From Eledone cirrhosa (lineage: Eukaryota): 64,000 nt of DNA. The notes beneath the pieces are model-generated. The model was given only the letters and a program-made list of their open reading frames with translations, ran no database searches and was not told the origin of the DNA. The stretch covers positions 131,378,001 to 131,442,000 of the forward strand of contig OZ024741.1 in the NCBI GenBank assembly GCA_964016885.1, read 5' to 3'. A program made the translations under genes and the position numbers. This document shows positions 42,590 through 56,291 of the stretch, in pieces. Numbering within the stretch: position 1 is the first letter of the stretch; each line of letters begins with the position of its first letter.

Positions 42590-43470
42590 TCTCCTATGCT
42601 ACTAGCTGTCTCGCTTATGTATGTTGTTGTCATGTTTCTGCAAGTAGCCTCTGTACATCTTATGCTATAGACTACGTTTCTAGTTTTACACTTTATCCGG
42701 GGGTTTACTTTATATATAACACATTTCCTATTAGTACGGTGGGTTTTCTTTGCTGTTCAGGGATTTTATGGTAGTTCCTGGCTTTTCTACTTCTTTAATA
42801 TTTAAGTGGGTCTTTCTCAGGGCCTTTCTACACTGGTGTTAACTAATGTCCCTCCAGGGGTAGCATCCACGAACATGAGACTCTGGTATCTCTGGTTGTC
42901 GTACCATGAGATGGCTTTCCCTATCTTATGTTTAGTCCTATCTAAGCTATTCCATGATTTGCTCCGGTATAATGGGCAAATTCCTTTCATATCCAGTTCT
43001 ATGAGGGTCTTATACTTCTACGTGGCTCCATCGTATACTCTGATTCTGTCTCTTTGGTTGTAGCCAGATAACTGCATGCGGTTGATGAAGTGTTGGATGT
43101 GTCTTTCCATTTCTGTTGGGTCGCACATGCGGTACACATTCTTCATCACTCGTACCTAGTCTGCGATCAGAATATTAAACTTAGCACTACAGGAAATTGC
43201 TGAGTTTTTGAGTATCAGGTATTTGGAGGCCATGGATTTAGCGTAGTGTGAGTGGAGAATTTGGGCCCACTCGTCTATAGTGTTAATCCAGAGTTCCGTG
43301 TCTAATACAGGTAGTCTACTGTTAGGGTGTTTGGAAGGGTAGTCGATAGTTACAGTTATACTCTGGTGTATGGAGTTAGCTATCTGCTGGATGCTTTCGA
43401 TTGTGCTACATTCTAAATCACACTTGTTAGTACTATCTTGTGGGGGTGTCCTTATTACTATATGATGTTG
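42590..43470 (-). mobile_element. Penelope-like element ORF remnant (RT C-terminus/thumb plus GIY-YIG endonuclease start)
   Basis: Hand translation of the minus strand: NSIHQSITVTIDY..PNSRLPVLD; HYAKSMASKYLI..SAIS..K; RMQLSGY; CKTRNVVYSIRCTEATC..YISET. Confidence 0.75.
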
Positions 43471-43715
43471 CAGATGTGCAACGAAAGAACTTTGTTAGCC
43501 TATATATATGTGTTTATATCTATATTATATGTGTATTTTTGACCGTTGGTCAGTCAATGGTAAACATTGAGGACCGAATGAATTAACTGTGGAGATATAA
43601 AAGATACAGAAGCGAAAACAAACCAAACAGTGAGTGTGTTCTATTATTATTTCTGGCAATATTATTACAACAATATGACCCTCCCCAAGTATAACAATAT
43701 CTGTTTCGACACACG

Positions 43716-43792
<77 letters not shown>

Positions 43793-43869
43793 CGAAGGAA
43801 ATGTGGTAAGGAACCAGGTGGACCATAACGCACCAAAGTACTCAATACTTGAGGTAGTAGAGTGGGTAA

Positions 43870-43992
43870 TAGGAACCAGTAAGACCCCGACAGCTGAGCT
43901 CAAGCCGTTTCGACGGCAAATTCTGGACGCAAATTCAGTCCAGAATTAGCCGTCGAAACGGCTTGAGCTCAGCTGTCGGGGCCTTACTGGTT

Positions 43993-43996
<4 letters not shown>
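43870..43996. repeat. Palindrome (59-bp arms, 9-nt spacer) within a TA-flanked insert at 43791-43996
   Basis: taggaaccagtaag..aattctggac gcaaattca gtccagaatt..cttactggttccta. Confidence 0.9.
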
Positions 43997-44056
<60 letters not shown>

Positions 44057-44428
44057 CAGTGAGACCTTGGTTACCATGTTGAGCTCTGCTGACGAACGAA
44101 ATCCAACCGTGACCATCTCCACTGAAAGTTTTCGTGAAATAGTCTTTTTAAGACTATACAGAGCATTTGAAGTTGTCCCAAATTAAAGGTTGAGTACTTT
44201 AGACTTTGTTTTATCATGAGTTAAGGCTCTATTGATTTTTCCCTGGATTTCTCTAAATTCTGTTGGATAAATCTATATCCTGATTCCTTTTGAATTGAGT
44301 CTGAATTATTTTCCCCATATCTTATGTTAACTATTTTCCCATTTTAACGCTATAGTCACATATATGTTATGGAATACTGTTAGCTTCTCGCTACATCAAT
44401 TTCTATACTTTTCATTTATATACTTTTC

Positions 44429-44475
<47 letters not shown>

Positions 44476-45260
44476 CGACAGAAGGCGATCTCTAACTTGC
44501 ACTTGATATATATGTATATCTGTATATATATAAAGACGAAGTTTTCTGTATGTGTGTGGACAATTTTTAATGAGGGCTCATATATTCTAAACCATTTATG
44601 CGATTTCTTTGAAATTTTTTTACAGAGCTTCTCCTTGCACAAAACCTGTATATGATCTACAAAGGCTTTCAAAAATCGATATTAGGGCCTTTGGAGACAA
44701 TAAAAAATTTTTCGGTTATTTGTGTGAATTTTCGTGATTAAGTAAGACAAGAGTTATCTTTCGTAATTCGGCTCATTCGGATTTTAATTTACTCTTTGTA
44801 CTTGAAACAAAAGGTACGCTTCTTTGAGACTAACAATATCATTTTGTATATTTCACAACCAGCAATTTCTAACAGATTACTAAGTTAAGTTATAGATATA
44901 TATATACATATATATATATATCTATATACATTGCTGCACTGGCCAAGTTGCCAGGTTGCCCAATAAAAGTGGGTCCCAAGGAGCCCACGATAGCATTACA
45001 GGGCCCACTGTAATATTTTAGGGGCCAATGCTTTGCTTTCAAAAAATACCTGAAATCTAATAGAAAGAATGAAATTAAAAAATAAATAAATAAAACAATT
45101 AAGCAAAGTATATGGTCAAACAATTTCACGGGGAATTACTAGAAACCAAAATATATCATAGTGCAAATAGGTGGAGTGAGTGGTTGTACCTTCTACTAAA
45201 TCTAAAGCTTAGTGAATTCATTCAAGCATGCAAACATACATATATAGGCACAGACACACA

Positions 45261-45365
<105 letters not shown>

Positions 45366-45715
45366 TTCAAGAGTAACCAATCTTAAAGAGAGAGATGGAG
45401 ATAGGAGAGGAGATAGGAGAGGAGAGATTGGTGAATTAATTAGAAGCCAAAGCGTACAGGCATGTGCTCAATGTGCAATATGCAGTGGAAGGCAGCTAGT
45501 TGGCTGGGTTCATGCAGAGGTTAGGTGCACAGAGCTGGAAATATTCATTAGTTAAGCAAAACAAGACCAAAGATTTCACAAGGAAGACATTATTAAATAC
45601 TGCTCCACTATGACAGACAATTGATATACCCAGGACACCATAGTGAAATACCAACATATGGAACATTACATTTATGTAACATTCTTTCCTTATTTTAATT
45701 TATATTCCCTTTGAT

Positions 45716-45834
45716 GTTCCGATGAGCTGCTCTATTTCTACCTATGTTAATTATTCTCAACTGAACCAGATCAATTATGATATATAATCATTTGATCCAG
45801 AAATATTATATGGAGTAGCGAAACAATTGAAAAC
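45716..45834 (+). ncRNA. Decayed hammerhead motif with extended stem II
   Basis: gtt CCGATGA gctgctc..(~80 nt)..gagtagc GAAA caattg AA aac; two core substitutions. Confidence 0.45.
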
Positions 45835-46005
45835 GGACATTATTATTATTAATATTATTATTATTATTCTCTACATTCCTTACATCAAACTAAAATATGT
45901 TGACAATCTTTTAATAATGTTTTCCTTGTGAAATCTGTGGTCTTGTTTTGCTTAACTAATGAATATACATATATATATATATATATAGATAGATAGATAC
46001 ACGCA

Positions 46006-46132
<127 letters not shown>

Positions 46133-46386
46133 TGAGAGTGTGAAAGACCAAAGGTCATTACTGAAAGTCTCTGGATTTCGCAAAATACATGATGTTTTTT
46201 ATTGGAGAAGGTAAGGTATTTTTCCGCAAAAATTTGATTGCACTGTTTTGTTTCCAATTATGTTTTTTTGAAAATGTTATTTATTCATTATAAAAATTAA
46301 ATGATACTATTCTATAAGTAGGTGGGCCCCCCTTCATCTGGCAACCAATATTTAAGACTAAGTCCGCCACTGTATATATATATATA

Positions 46387-47158
46387 TGAATGAAAAAATG
46401 GCGTGCTGCGTTGTTGCGAATATGAACATATGAATAAAAATAGACCGAGAAACAGGAAAAAGTCCATCATCAGTAGTCTGCTGATTCTCATTGGTATTTC
46501 TTCGCATTAAAGACTAGATGCCTAAAATCAGTGCGAGCGATAACTCAATTAAGTTATCGGGACAGAAGAAAGTGAACAAACAACATGGTAGTAACGCAAC
46601 GTAAAGAGAGGAAAAGAGAGACAAGTCAATGAATTTTGTTGGCTTAAGTCCGACAAATCAAATGACGAGAAGAAAACAGACACGTCCGAGCCACGAAAAA
46701 AGTGAGAGTAAAGAATTAACGCAGGTCAGAGGGGAGGAAGTGAAAGAAGAGGAGTAGCAGAGAGTGAGTGAGTGAAAGTGTGAGGAATGGGCCAGTTGAG
46801 TGTGTGACCAGCAGCGGGGATGGAGAAAAGCAAGAGGTAAGGGGGAGAGAGAAAGAGGAAAGCAGTAAGGTAACAGAAAAAATACGAACCACAGCGAAGG
46901 GAAAATATGTGAATGAAAAAATGGCGTGCTGCGTTGTTGCAAATATGAACATATGAATAAAAATAGACCGAGAAACAGGGAAAAGTCCGTCATCAGTAGT
47001 ATGCTGATTCTCATTGGTATTTCTTCGCATTAAAGACTAGATACCTAAAATCAGTGCGAGCGATAACTCAATTAAGTTATCTGGACAGAGGAAAGTGAAC
47101 AACATGGTAGTAACTCAAAGTAAAGAGAGGAAAAGAGAGATAAGTCAATGAATTTTGT
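46387..47158. repeat. Two ~250-bp direct repeats (period 523 bp) starting at a TA run; LTR/pseudo-LTR-like layout
   Basis: 46387-46639 is nearly identical to 46910-47158. Confidence 0.85.
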
Positions 47159-47301
47159 GGAATGCCAATCATTGTAAGTTTGAATCTAATTGACATGCAA
47201 AAACATATATATAGGAATAAGGTAAGCCCAAACCATAGTATATTCTAATACCACAGAGTGGGGGGGGGAGAAATGAGTTGGAACAGAAATGAAACATGGA
47301 T

Positions 47302-47414
<113 letters not shown>

Positions 47415-47617
47415 GCGGGTCTAAAATTATTTTTATAATGAATAAATAACATTCATTACATATATTTTTATAATGAATATATAAATTTATTACATATATT
47501 TTGATATTGAATAAATAACATTTTCGAAAAATACATACGTGGTAACAAAACAGTGCAATCAAATATTTGCGGGAAAATATCTTACCTTCTCCAATAAAAA
47601 ATATTATGCAGAGTCGA

Positions 47618-49030
47618 CCCTGGGTATGGTTTGGTCCTGACCTCCAGGTGGAGAAGAACTGGAACGAGGTGACGGCCAAGGTGTTTGCATTCACCCAGAA
47701 GTGGGCCGAGTGCAAACTATCCTTGAAAGGTCGAGCTGAGGTGGCGAACACTTTTATAGCGTCCGTCATCTACTACAGCTTGACCGTTGTGCTTTGTTCA
47801 GCCAAAACGGTCACCAAAATGGAGCGCGCGCTCTTCCAAATCCTTTAGAAGAAACGGGCTCCTTTGGTGAGAAGATCCATCTGCTGCCAACACCCTTCAA
47901 ATGGAGGGCTGGGGATGCCGTGGCTGACGATGCGCAAACACGCACTCAGGCTGCGGCACCTCCACGTATTCCTCACCAGACAAACGGTGTGGGCCCAGTT
48001 CGTGAGGCGAGCCTTCCCACGACTCGTCTCGCTGACCGAGCTGCAGACCTGGGTCAAAAAAGACCGAGGAAAATGGGCGACTGGCATATCGAATGTGCTC
48101 AGGCGCTCACAGTCCTCTGGCAAACGGACCCGGCGATCAGTGGAGACTCCACTTCGACATTCTATAGAGGGTTGGTCCGCAGCAAGTGCGACGACACGCT
48201 CGGAGAAACTCTAGGCGTAGAGGAGGACGAACTGGCCAGTCTGTTCGGTAGGACCTTCCGCTCGGGACCAATGGACAACTTCCAAAAGTCCCTGGCCTGA
48301 CAGTGCTACCGAGGAGCTCTACCAGTTCGAGAAAAGCTCTACAGACCCTTCGAAAAAGGTAAGGACCCTTCGAAAAAGATCTGCCCGAGATGCGTGCGCG
48401 ACGAGGAAACCGTCGCACACGCATTTGTACACTGCCCGGGCGTTACCGACCTGTGGGGCTATGTAGAACGACTATTGTCGCGGGTGGGACCAATCCAGTT
48501 GACCACCGAGTCCATTGTCATGATCAAACCGCCACCCTCCTTCAAAGACGATGGAGAGGCGGTTTTCCTATGTGTTATGGCTATGATGAAAGAGGTTATA
48601 TGGTGGACGAGGTTAAAAGGGCTGAGGTCAGACACCTTTCTCTTCGGCGAGCAACTGATTCGTTTTTTCAAATATTATGTTGGAAGAAGAATCAGGATGG
48701 AGAGAGAGGTGCTGTACCCCAGCAAATTTTATAAAAGGTGGGTGAATGTGGCGAGAATGGCCCGGGTGCTTGGGCCTTCTCTCTATATAAGCCTGTAAGT
48801 TGAGGAAAAAGAGGAAGAGAGAAGGGAGTACTCACTCTTGTTGCTGCTGGAGATGAGGGTTGTACATTTTTTCGGGGGTGTGTACAACCCCTGTGTAACA
48901 CCTCCCCCCTATTGGGGATTTCAATTGTTATTTGTTATTGTATTAATAGTTTTATTTTCATATACCTGTATGTAAACTCCCCATTTGTATTTGTCCCCTT
49001 CTTTTGTGCCCTTGTGGCTAATAAAGAAAT
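47618..49030 (+). mobile_element. Tx1-like element, 5'-truncated, copy D, (TATC)n tail
   Basis: WFGPDLQVEKNW..GPSLYISL; stops and frameshifts; aataaagaaatt then tatctatctatc. Confidence 0.85.
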
Positions 49031-49211
49031 TTATCTATCTATCTATATATATATATATTTGTCTATCTATCTATACATCCATCCATCTATCTATGTCTCC
49101 CCCTCTCTGTCTCTCTTCCTTTACACACACACGCAAACACATATACATATATATATAGAGAGATATTAAGAAATAAACCAAAATTTATTATTATTATATA
49201 TTATTTATTTG

Positions 49212-49275
<64 letters not shown>

Positions 49276-51274
49276 CATATTAACTGAAATCAAAATGTAT
49301 GTTAAGTTAGATTGTACACACTGCGTGACATACCCTGTGTTACTTTATATGTTTCCACAAAACTTTAAAATACATTCCAATTTTGTTATGTAATACTGCG
49401 TTCAGTTATATGATTCTCCAATATGATATTGAACGAGATGTGTTATGTTATGTCACACAATACTGTATGTTGCGTGGGTGTTGTCTGGTGACTCTATTTA
49501 TTGCAATATATGGTTATAAGTATGTGTGCGTGAGTGTGTGTGTGTGTGTGTGTGTGTGTTTATGTGCCTAAGTACGTGAGCAGGCGTTTCTTTATATATA
49601 TTTGCGTGTGTGATAAATGAACACATGCATATGTGTGTAGTATATGATCGTATGTGTGATCGTGTGTGTGTGTACGTATATGTGTATGTGTGTGTGTGCG
49701 TGAATGTGTCTGCGTACATGTGCAGTGTTTGTGGTGAATAACAATAATAACTTCATAAAATGGACGAGATCAGGAAAGTTTAGGGAGAAAGCAGTCGATT
49801 ATAATGGCAGCATTACTTAACTGGTAAATGATTTTCTCGGAAGACTAAGTTAACCTCGGTGGACCTTGAACTCAGAACGCTAAGAGTTGAATTTACTTAG
49901 CAATTTATTCAACTTTAATTTATATAAATAATGGTTCCTGATTTAGGCATAAGGCAAATAAATTTGGGTAGGTGAAAGTCGATTAAGTCAACTCCAGTGT
50001 GTTACTGGTATTTTATTTTATGGACCCTGTAAGGTTGCAAGGAAAAGCTAATCTCGGCGGGATTTGAAGACAGAATGTAAAGAGACGTAACTATATGCCG
50101 CAAGGCATATTGTCCGATGCTCTATCGATGCACCCAAACCAGCGCCCTTTAACTCATATTTTATGTATTATAAATGTTGAATAAGAGCAACTTTCGGGTA
50201 TTACGTGTAAACAACCTAACGATCCGTTAGATAAATTTGGTGATGTGTACTTTGAATTTGACGTATAAAAATTATGAGAGCGCCAGAAATAATTATACGG
50301 CCATATTTACACTTCACGTCAGGCTATGAAAACATAAAAATACAAAAATGAACAGAAAAGAATAAGTTCTATAAGATGTATATGTTTTACAGCGACCTTC
50401 TCCATAAAAAAGGTATGAACATACTCCCCTGTAGAAGCTGGAGAAAAAATGACCCTGATCTATACGTAGACTGGTATGGTCTCGTAACTCCTAATACAAT
50501 CGTAGGGTTGCCGCAGTAAGATACGGCGTTTCTTAGGGCATTTTAACCTTGGCTGAGCCCATCACATCTCCAAGGCCGAATACAGCAGATTTCTTCCAGA
50601 GAAGGATAGAGAATGAAAAGATGGAAGTGAGAAAGAGATATAGAAGAAGAATCGACCCAAGTGCTAAAATGGTACTTTTTATCGACCTAGATATGACGAA
50701 AGACAAAGTGACCTCGGCGGGATTTGAACTCAGAGAGCAGGAACGAATGCTACAAATCACTCTATCCGACAACCTAATGACTCTGCCCATTCGCCTTATA
50801 CGTGAACTAACTAACGTAAAAAGATGCATTCATAAAGACACATTCATAAAGATATATTCATAAAGCTGAAAATATCAGAAATCGAAATTGAACTCTCAAA
50901 TAAACGTATAATGCAAAGATGAATAAAAATCAAACTACAAAAATAAATGCAGTTTGATCTTAAACATCGAAGACACTCACTCAAAGAAACTCCACAACCA
51001 ACAACAACAGCAACTATAACATAACCAAATACACAACTAAATCCCAGAACGTCTAAAGTGTACTGACCGCCCCCGCTAAGTTTTTTTTTTAAATGACTAA
51101 ATGAAGAAGGATTAACAATACAAACCTCTCAAGATGTTAATCATGAATATGACAATAGTTAAAGAGTTTTTTTTTAATATATGATCCCTCTATGGACCAT
51201 ACCAAGGAAACTCTTACCTAGGATAAAGCTGAAGAATGAAATAGCTAATAATAGTAATAATAACAATAATGATA

Positions 51275-51466
51275 ATAATTGTTTCTACGTTTGGCGCAAG
51301 ATGAGCAATTATCCAGTGCATTACTGGTACTTTATTTTATCGACCCCGTAAGGATGAAAGGCAAAGTTAACCTCAGCGGGATTTGAACTCAGAATGGCAA
51401 GGGCCCTAACTCTATAGGTCAAAGCATGGCGTCCGACCCTCTAACGATAATGCCAATCCACCGCCT
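51275..51466 (-). mobile_element. SINE copy; further copies at ~30280-30430, ~34990-35137, ~49770-50148, ~50640-50797, ~56630-56845
   Basis: Same consensus as 39641-40028. Confidence 0.8.
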
Positions 51467-51792
51467 TTAATAATGATAATAATAAATAAATAAATAAATA
51501 AATAGTCGCAAACCTGACAATCGTAAATTCAATGAGACCAAACATAAAACATCACCAAGTTAAACGAAATAATATATGCTGTAGCCACTGTAACTAGGAC
51601 GAAAAGTTGATACTCCTCCAGGTTTACTCATATGGGAATATCATAGACCAAACATCATTGAAAACAAATATACAGAATAAAAGTAGACAGATATAGATAG
51701 GAAGGTAGATTGGTAGGTAGGTAGATAGGTAGGTAGACAGGAAGGCAGGCAGGCAGACTGATACACAGATAGATAGATAGATAGATAGATAA

Positions 51793-53450
51793 CTTTCTTT
51801 TTATTTGTCACCAGGGCATCAAAGAGTGGGACAAGTACAATGGGGGGAGTTTACATAAAAAGGCGTCGTCAATAAGGAGGAGGCAATAACAAAATATAAA
51901 AATATAAGATATAAAATATAACAAAAATAAATTGAATAACATAATCCTCAATAGGGAGGAGGCGCCTTGGGGGGTTGCACACACCCCCGAAAAAATGTGC
52001 AACCCTTCTCCTCAGGAGCACAGAGAGAGGGTGCTCCCTTGATCTTTCATCTTTCTCACCTACAGTCTGATGTAGAGTGAAGGCCCATTCACACGGGCCA
52101 TTCTCTCCACTTTCCCCCATCTTTCATAAAACGGCTGGGGTGCAGCACCTCTCTCTCCATCCTGATCCTTCTTCCGAAATGATATCGGAAGAAACAGACC
52201 AGTTGTTGGCCAGAGAGAAAGGTGTCTGACCTCAGTCCTTTCAGACGCGTCCACCATACAACCTCTTTCGCCATGGCTATTACGCACAGAAACACCGCCT
52301 CTCCTTCGTTTTTGAAGAGGGGAGGCGGCTTGATGGTTACAATAGACTCGGTGGTCAACCGGATCGTTCGACATAGCCCCACAGATCGGCAATGCCCGAG
52401 CAGTGGACCATGCGTGTGCAACGGTTTCCTCGTCGCACCCGCATCTGGTCAGATATTTTTCGAGGGGTCCCTACCCGGGCGCCCGTGTCTGTAGAGCCTT
52501 TCTCGAACGGGCATAGCCCCTCGGTAGCACTGCCAGGCCAGGGACCTCTGGAAGTTATCCATAAGTCCCGGGATGATTGTCCTACCGAACAGGTTGGCCA
52601 GTTCGTTTTCCTCCATGCCTAGGGCTTCTCCGAGTGCGTCGTCGCACCTGCTAACCACCAGCCCTGTATAGAATGACGAGGTGGACTCTACACTGACAGC
52701 CGGGTCCACCTGCCAGAGAGCCGTGAGCGCCTGGGCACACTCGGTGTGCCAGGCGCCCAGTTTTCTCGGTCTTTGCTTCACACAGGATTGCAGCTCGGTG
52801 AGCGAGACGAGCCAGGGAAAGGCTCGCCTCACAAACGGGGCCCACACCAGTTGACCGATGAGGAATACCTGGAGGTGCCGTAGCTTTAATGCGTGTTTGC
52901 GCATCATCAGCCACGGCATCCCCAGCCCTCCTTTCGAAGGATGTTGACAGCAGATGGATCTCCTCACCATAGGAGCCGACTTCTTCCAAAGGAATTGGAA
53001 GAGTGCGCGCTCCATTTTGGCGAGCGTTTCCCTTGGGCAGGGAACTACGGTCAGGCGGTAGTAGATGACGGACGCTATATAAGTGTTCGCCACCTCCACC
53101 CGAATTTTCAGGGACAGTTTGCACGCGACCCACTTCTGGGTCAGTGCAAACACCCTGTTCGTTACTTCACCCCAGTTCTTCTCCACCTGGAGGTCTGGTC
53201 CGAACCAGACCCCGAGCAACTTCACCGGGCCCTCCGTCCAGCGCCCGACGACGCCATTGGAGGGCATCGATTTGCCCCTCCACCTGCCGAGTTGCAGACC
53301 GATCGACTTGTCCCGGTTCAGCTTAGCCCCTGTAAACCTTTCGTACTCCTCCAGTAAGGTGCCGATCGCCCCGATTTCCGAGGCCGTCGACACCATTACT
53401 GTTACGTCATCGGCGTAGGCCGACACCGCTTTCAGCAATCCCGGTTCCAA
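51793..53450 (-). mobile_element. Tx1-like element, 5'-truncated, copy E, (TATC)n tail
   Basis: 333-aa ORF with SAYADDVTV RT motif and GGLGMP; 3' UTR matching copy B; (gata)n at 51767-51791. Confidence 0.9.
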
Positions 53451-53493
53451 CAGGATATACTTTCAAACGTTCAATCATCTGACAGAAAGGTAT

Positions 53494-53536
53494 ACGATAC
53501 TGACGATAGCTAATAAGCTTGAAACTAGTACATCGT
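53494..53536 (+). ncRNA. Minimal type I hammerhead motif (GUA)
   Basis: acgata CTGACGA t agct aata agct t GAAA cta GTA catcgt; palindromic stem III actagt; one mismatch at the core end of stem I. Confidence 0.75.
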
Positions 53537-53759
53537 TTCTGTGTCAGTGTTGAACAAAAGGGCGACGATGGTTGCCGAGCACTGCACGGCTTAATTCGGG
53601 CTGTTTGTTTACAAACAAACCGAACATTATAATAAATGTTCGGTAAACCCATACGTACATATATATATATGTGTCCATGTATGTATATATATACATACTA
53701 CTGCACGTCTGTATACATATATGTATGTACGTATAGATACTTATATATATATATATATC

Positions 53760-53845
53760 TAAGGCAGGACATGGCAGCGATAATGAGGGACAGAGACCGC
53801 TGGAGAGAACTCGTCCATGGATCTCGGGAATTTTACCCGCCTTAG
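53760..53845 (+). mobile_element. RTE-like LINE 3'-terminal fragment in a TA array
   Basis: [17 protein letters not shown] resembles the RTE C-terminal DRxxWR motif. Confidence 0.5.
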
Positions 53846-54615
<770 letters not shown>

Positions 54616-55399
54616 AGAAGAAGTGATGAACTGGCCATCTGTGATAGTAAAGATAACTGACCAGATGACCAAAACATATTCTGATCACGTCTCAGAAAGA
54701 TTTGTCAAATCTCACTACTATTAAATACACCGTCCATTTTAATTGTCATCACCATGTTAACAGATTGATAGATAATGTATAGTGGTGGTGGTGGGAGAGA
54801 AACATACGTCACTTACTTGATTGTGATGCTGATGATGTTGACGGTGACGGTGATGCTAGTAATGGTGAAGATGGTAGTGATAATGATAGTGGCGATGTTA
54901 GGCATAACGATGGCAATGGTGGTGACGATGATGATGATGATGGTGATGGTGATGGTGATGGTGATTGTGACGGTGATGATGGTGATGATGTTGATGATGG
55001 GGGTGACGACGATGATGATGGTGATGTGATGATAATGAAGGTGGTGGTGAATACGGTTGCGAAAATGATGATGATGATTGGCGATAACGGTGATGATGAT
55101 TGCTGGTGATGATTTTGATGCTAGTCATCGTGAAGATGGTGGTGAAGGCAATAATGATAATGTTGATGATAACGATGGTGATGATGTTGGGGATGATGAT
55201 AGTAAGATTATGACAGTGTTGACGGTGGTGGGAGCGGTGGGAGTGATGGCAATGGTGAGGATGGTGGTGGTGATGATGATGATGATGATAAGATGAAGAT
55301 AAACTTATAGATATATATATATACTGTCAGATATATACACTGTCAGATATAGTCAGATAGTCTTACACTGGTTGGTAGAGTTACGAACACTGACAGATA

Positions 55400-56182
55400 A
55401 ATTTACATACACTGGTAGATACACTTACATACACTGGTAGATACACTTACATACACTGGTAGATAGATATACATACTGGTAGATAGATATACATACACTG
55501 GTAGATACGCTGACATACACTGGTAGATACAATTACATACACTGGTAGATAGATATACATACTGGTACATATATATACATACACTGGTAGATAGATATAC
55601 ATACACTGGTAGATACACTGACATACACTGGTAGATAGATATACATACACTGGTAGATAGATATACATACTGGTAGATAGATGTACATACACTGGTAGAT
55701 AGATATACATACACTGGTAGATAGATATACATACTGGTAGATAGAGAGACATACACTGGTAGATACACTTACATACACTGATAGATACACTTACATACAC
55801 TGGTAGATAGATATACATACTGGTAGATAGATATACATACACTGGTAGATACACTGACATACACTGGTAGATACAATTACATACACTGGTAGATAGATAT
55901 ACATACTGGTACATATATATACATACACTGGTAGATAGATATACATACACTGGTAGATACACTGACATACACTGGTAGATAGATATACATACACTGGTAG
56001 ATAGATATACATACTGGTAGATAGATGTACATACACTGGTAGATAGATATACATACACTGGTAGATAGATATACATACTGGTAGATAGAGAGACATACAC
56101 TGGTAGATACACTTACATACACTGGTAGATAGATATACATACACTGGTAGATAGATATACATACACTGGTAGATACACTTAC
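55400..56182. repeat. 20-24-bp minisatellite (acactggtagatagatatacat) with ~344-bp higher-order duplication
   Basis: Variant units recur in the same order; e.g. the aattacatac variant at 55531 and 55875. Confidence 0.85.
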
Positions 56183-56263
56183 AACACCGATTTTCAGTTA
56201 ATTTTCTTGATCCCCTGACTACTTACACTATTAATAGACAATGTGTAGGTATTTTATTATGTA

Positions 56264-56291
56264 CTAGCAGAATGGCCCGGCGTTGCTCGGG
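56264..56291 (-). mobile_element. Helitron 3' terminus
   Basis: Minus strand: cccgagcaacgccggg hairpin, short spacer, CTAG then T. Confidence 0.6.

Noticed and set aside
44088-44105. CTGACGA ac GAAA as a hammerhead
   Set aside because: No room for stem II and no paired stem I or III.
44519-44885. Possible non-autonomous Helitron (TC..atatataaagacgaag start)
   Set aside because: No clear 3' hairpin plus CTAG end, so it is not supported.
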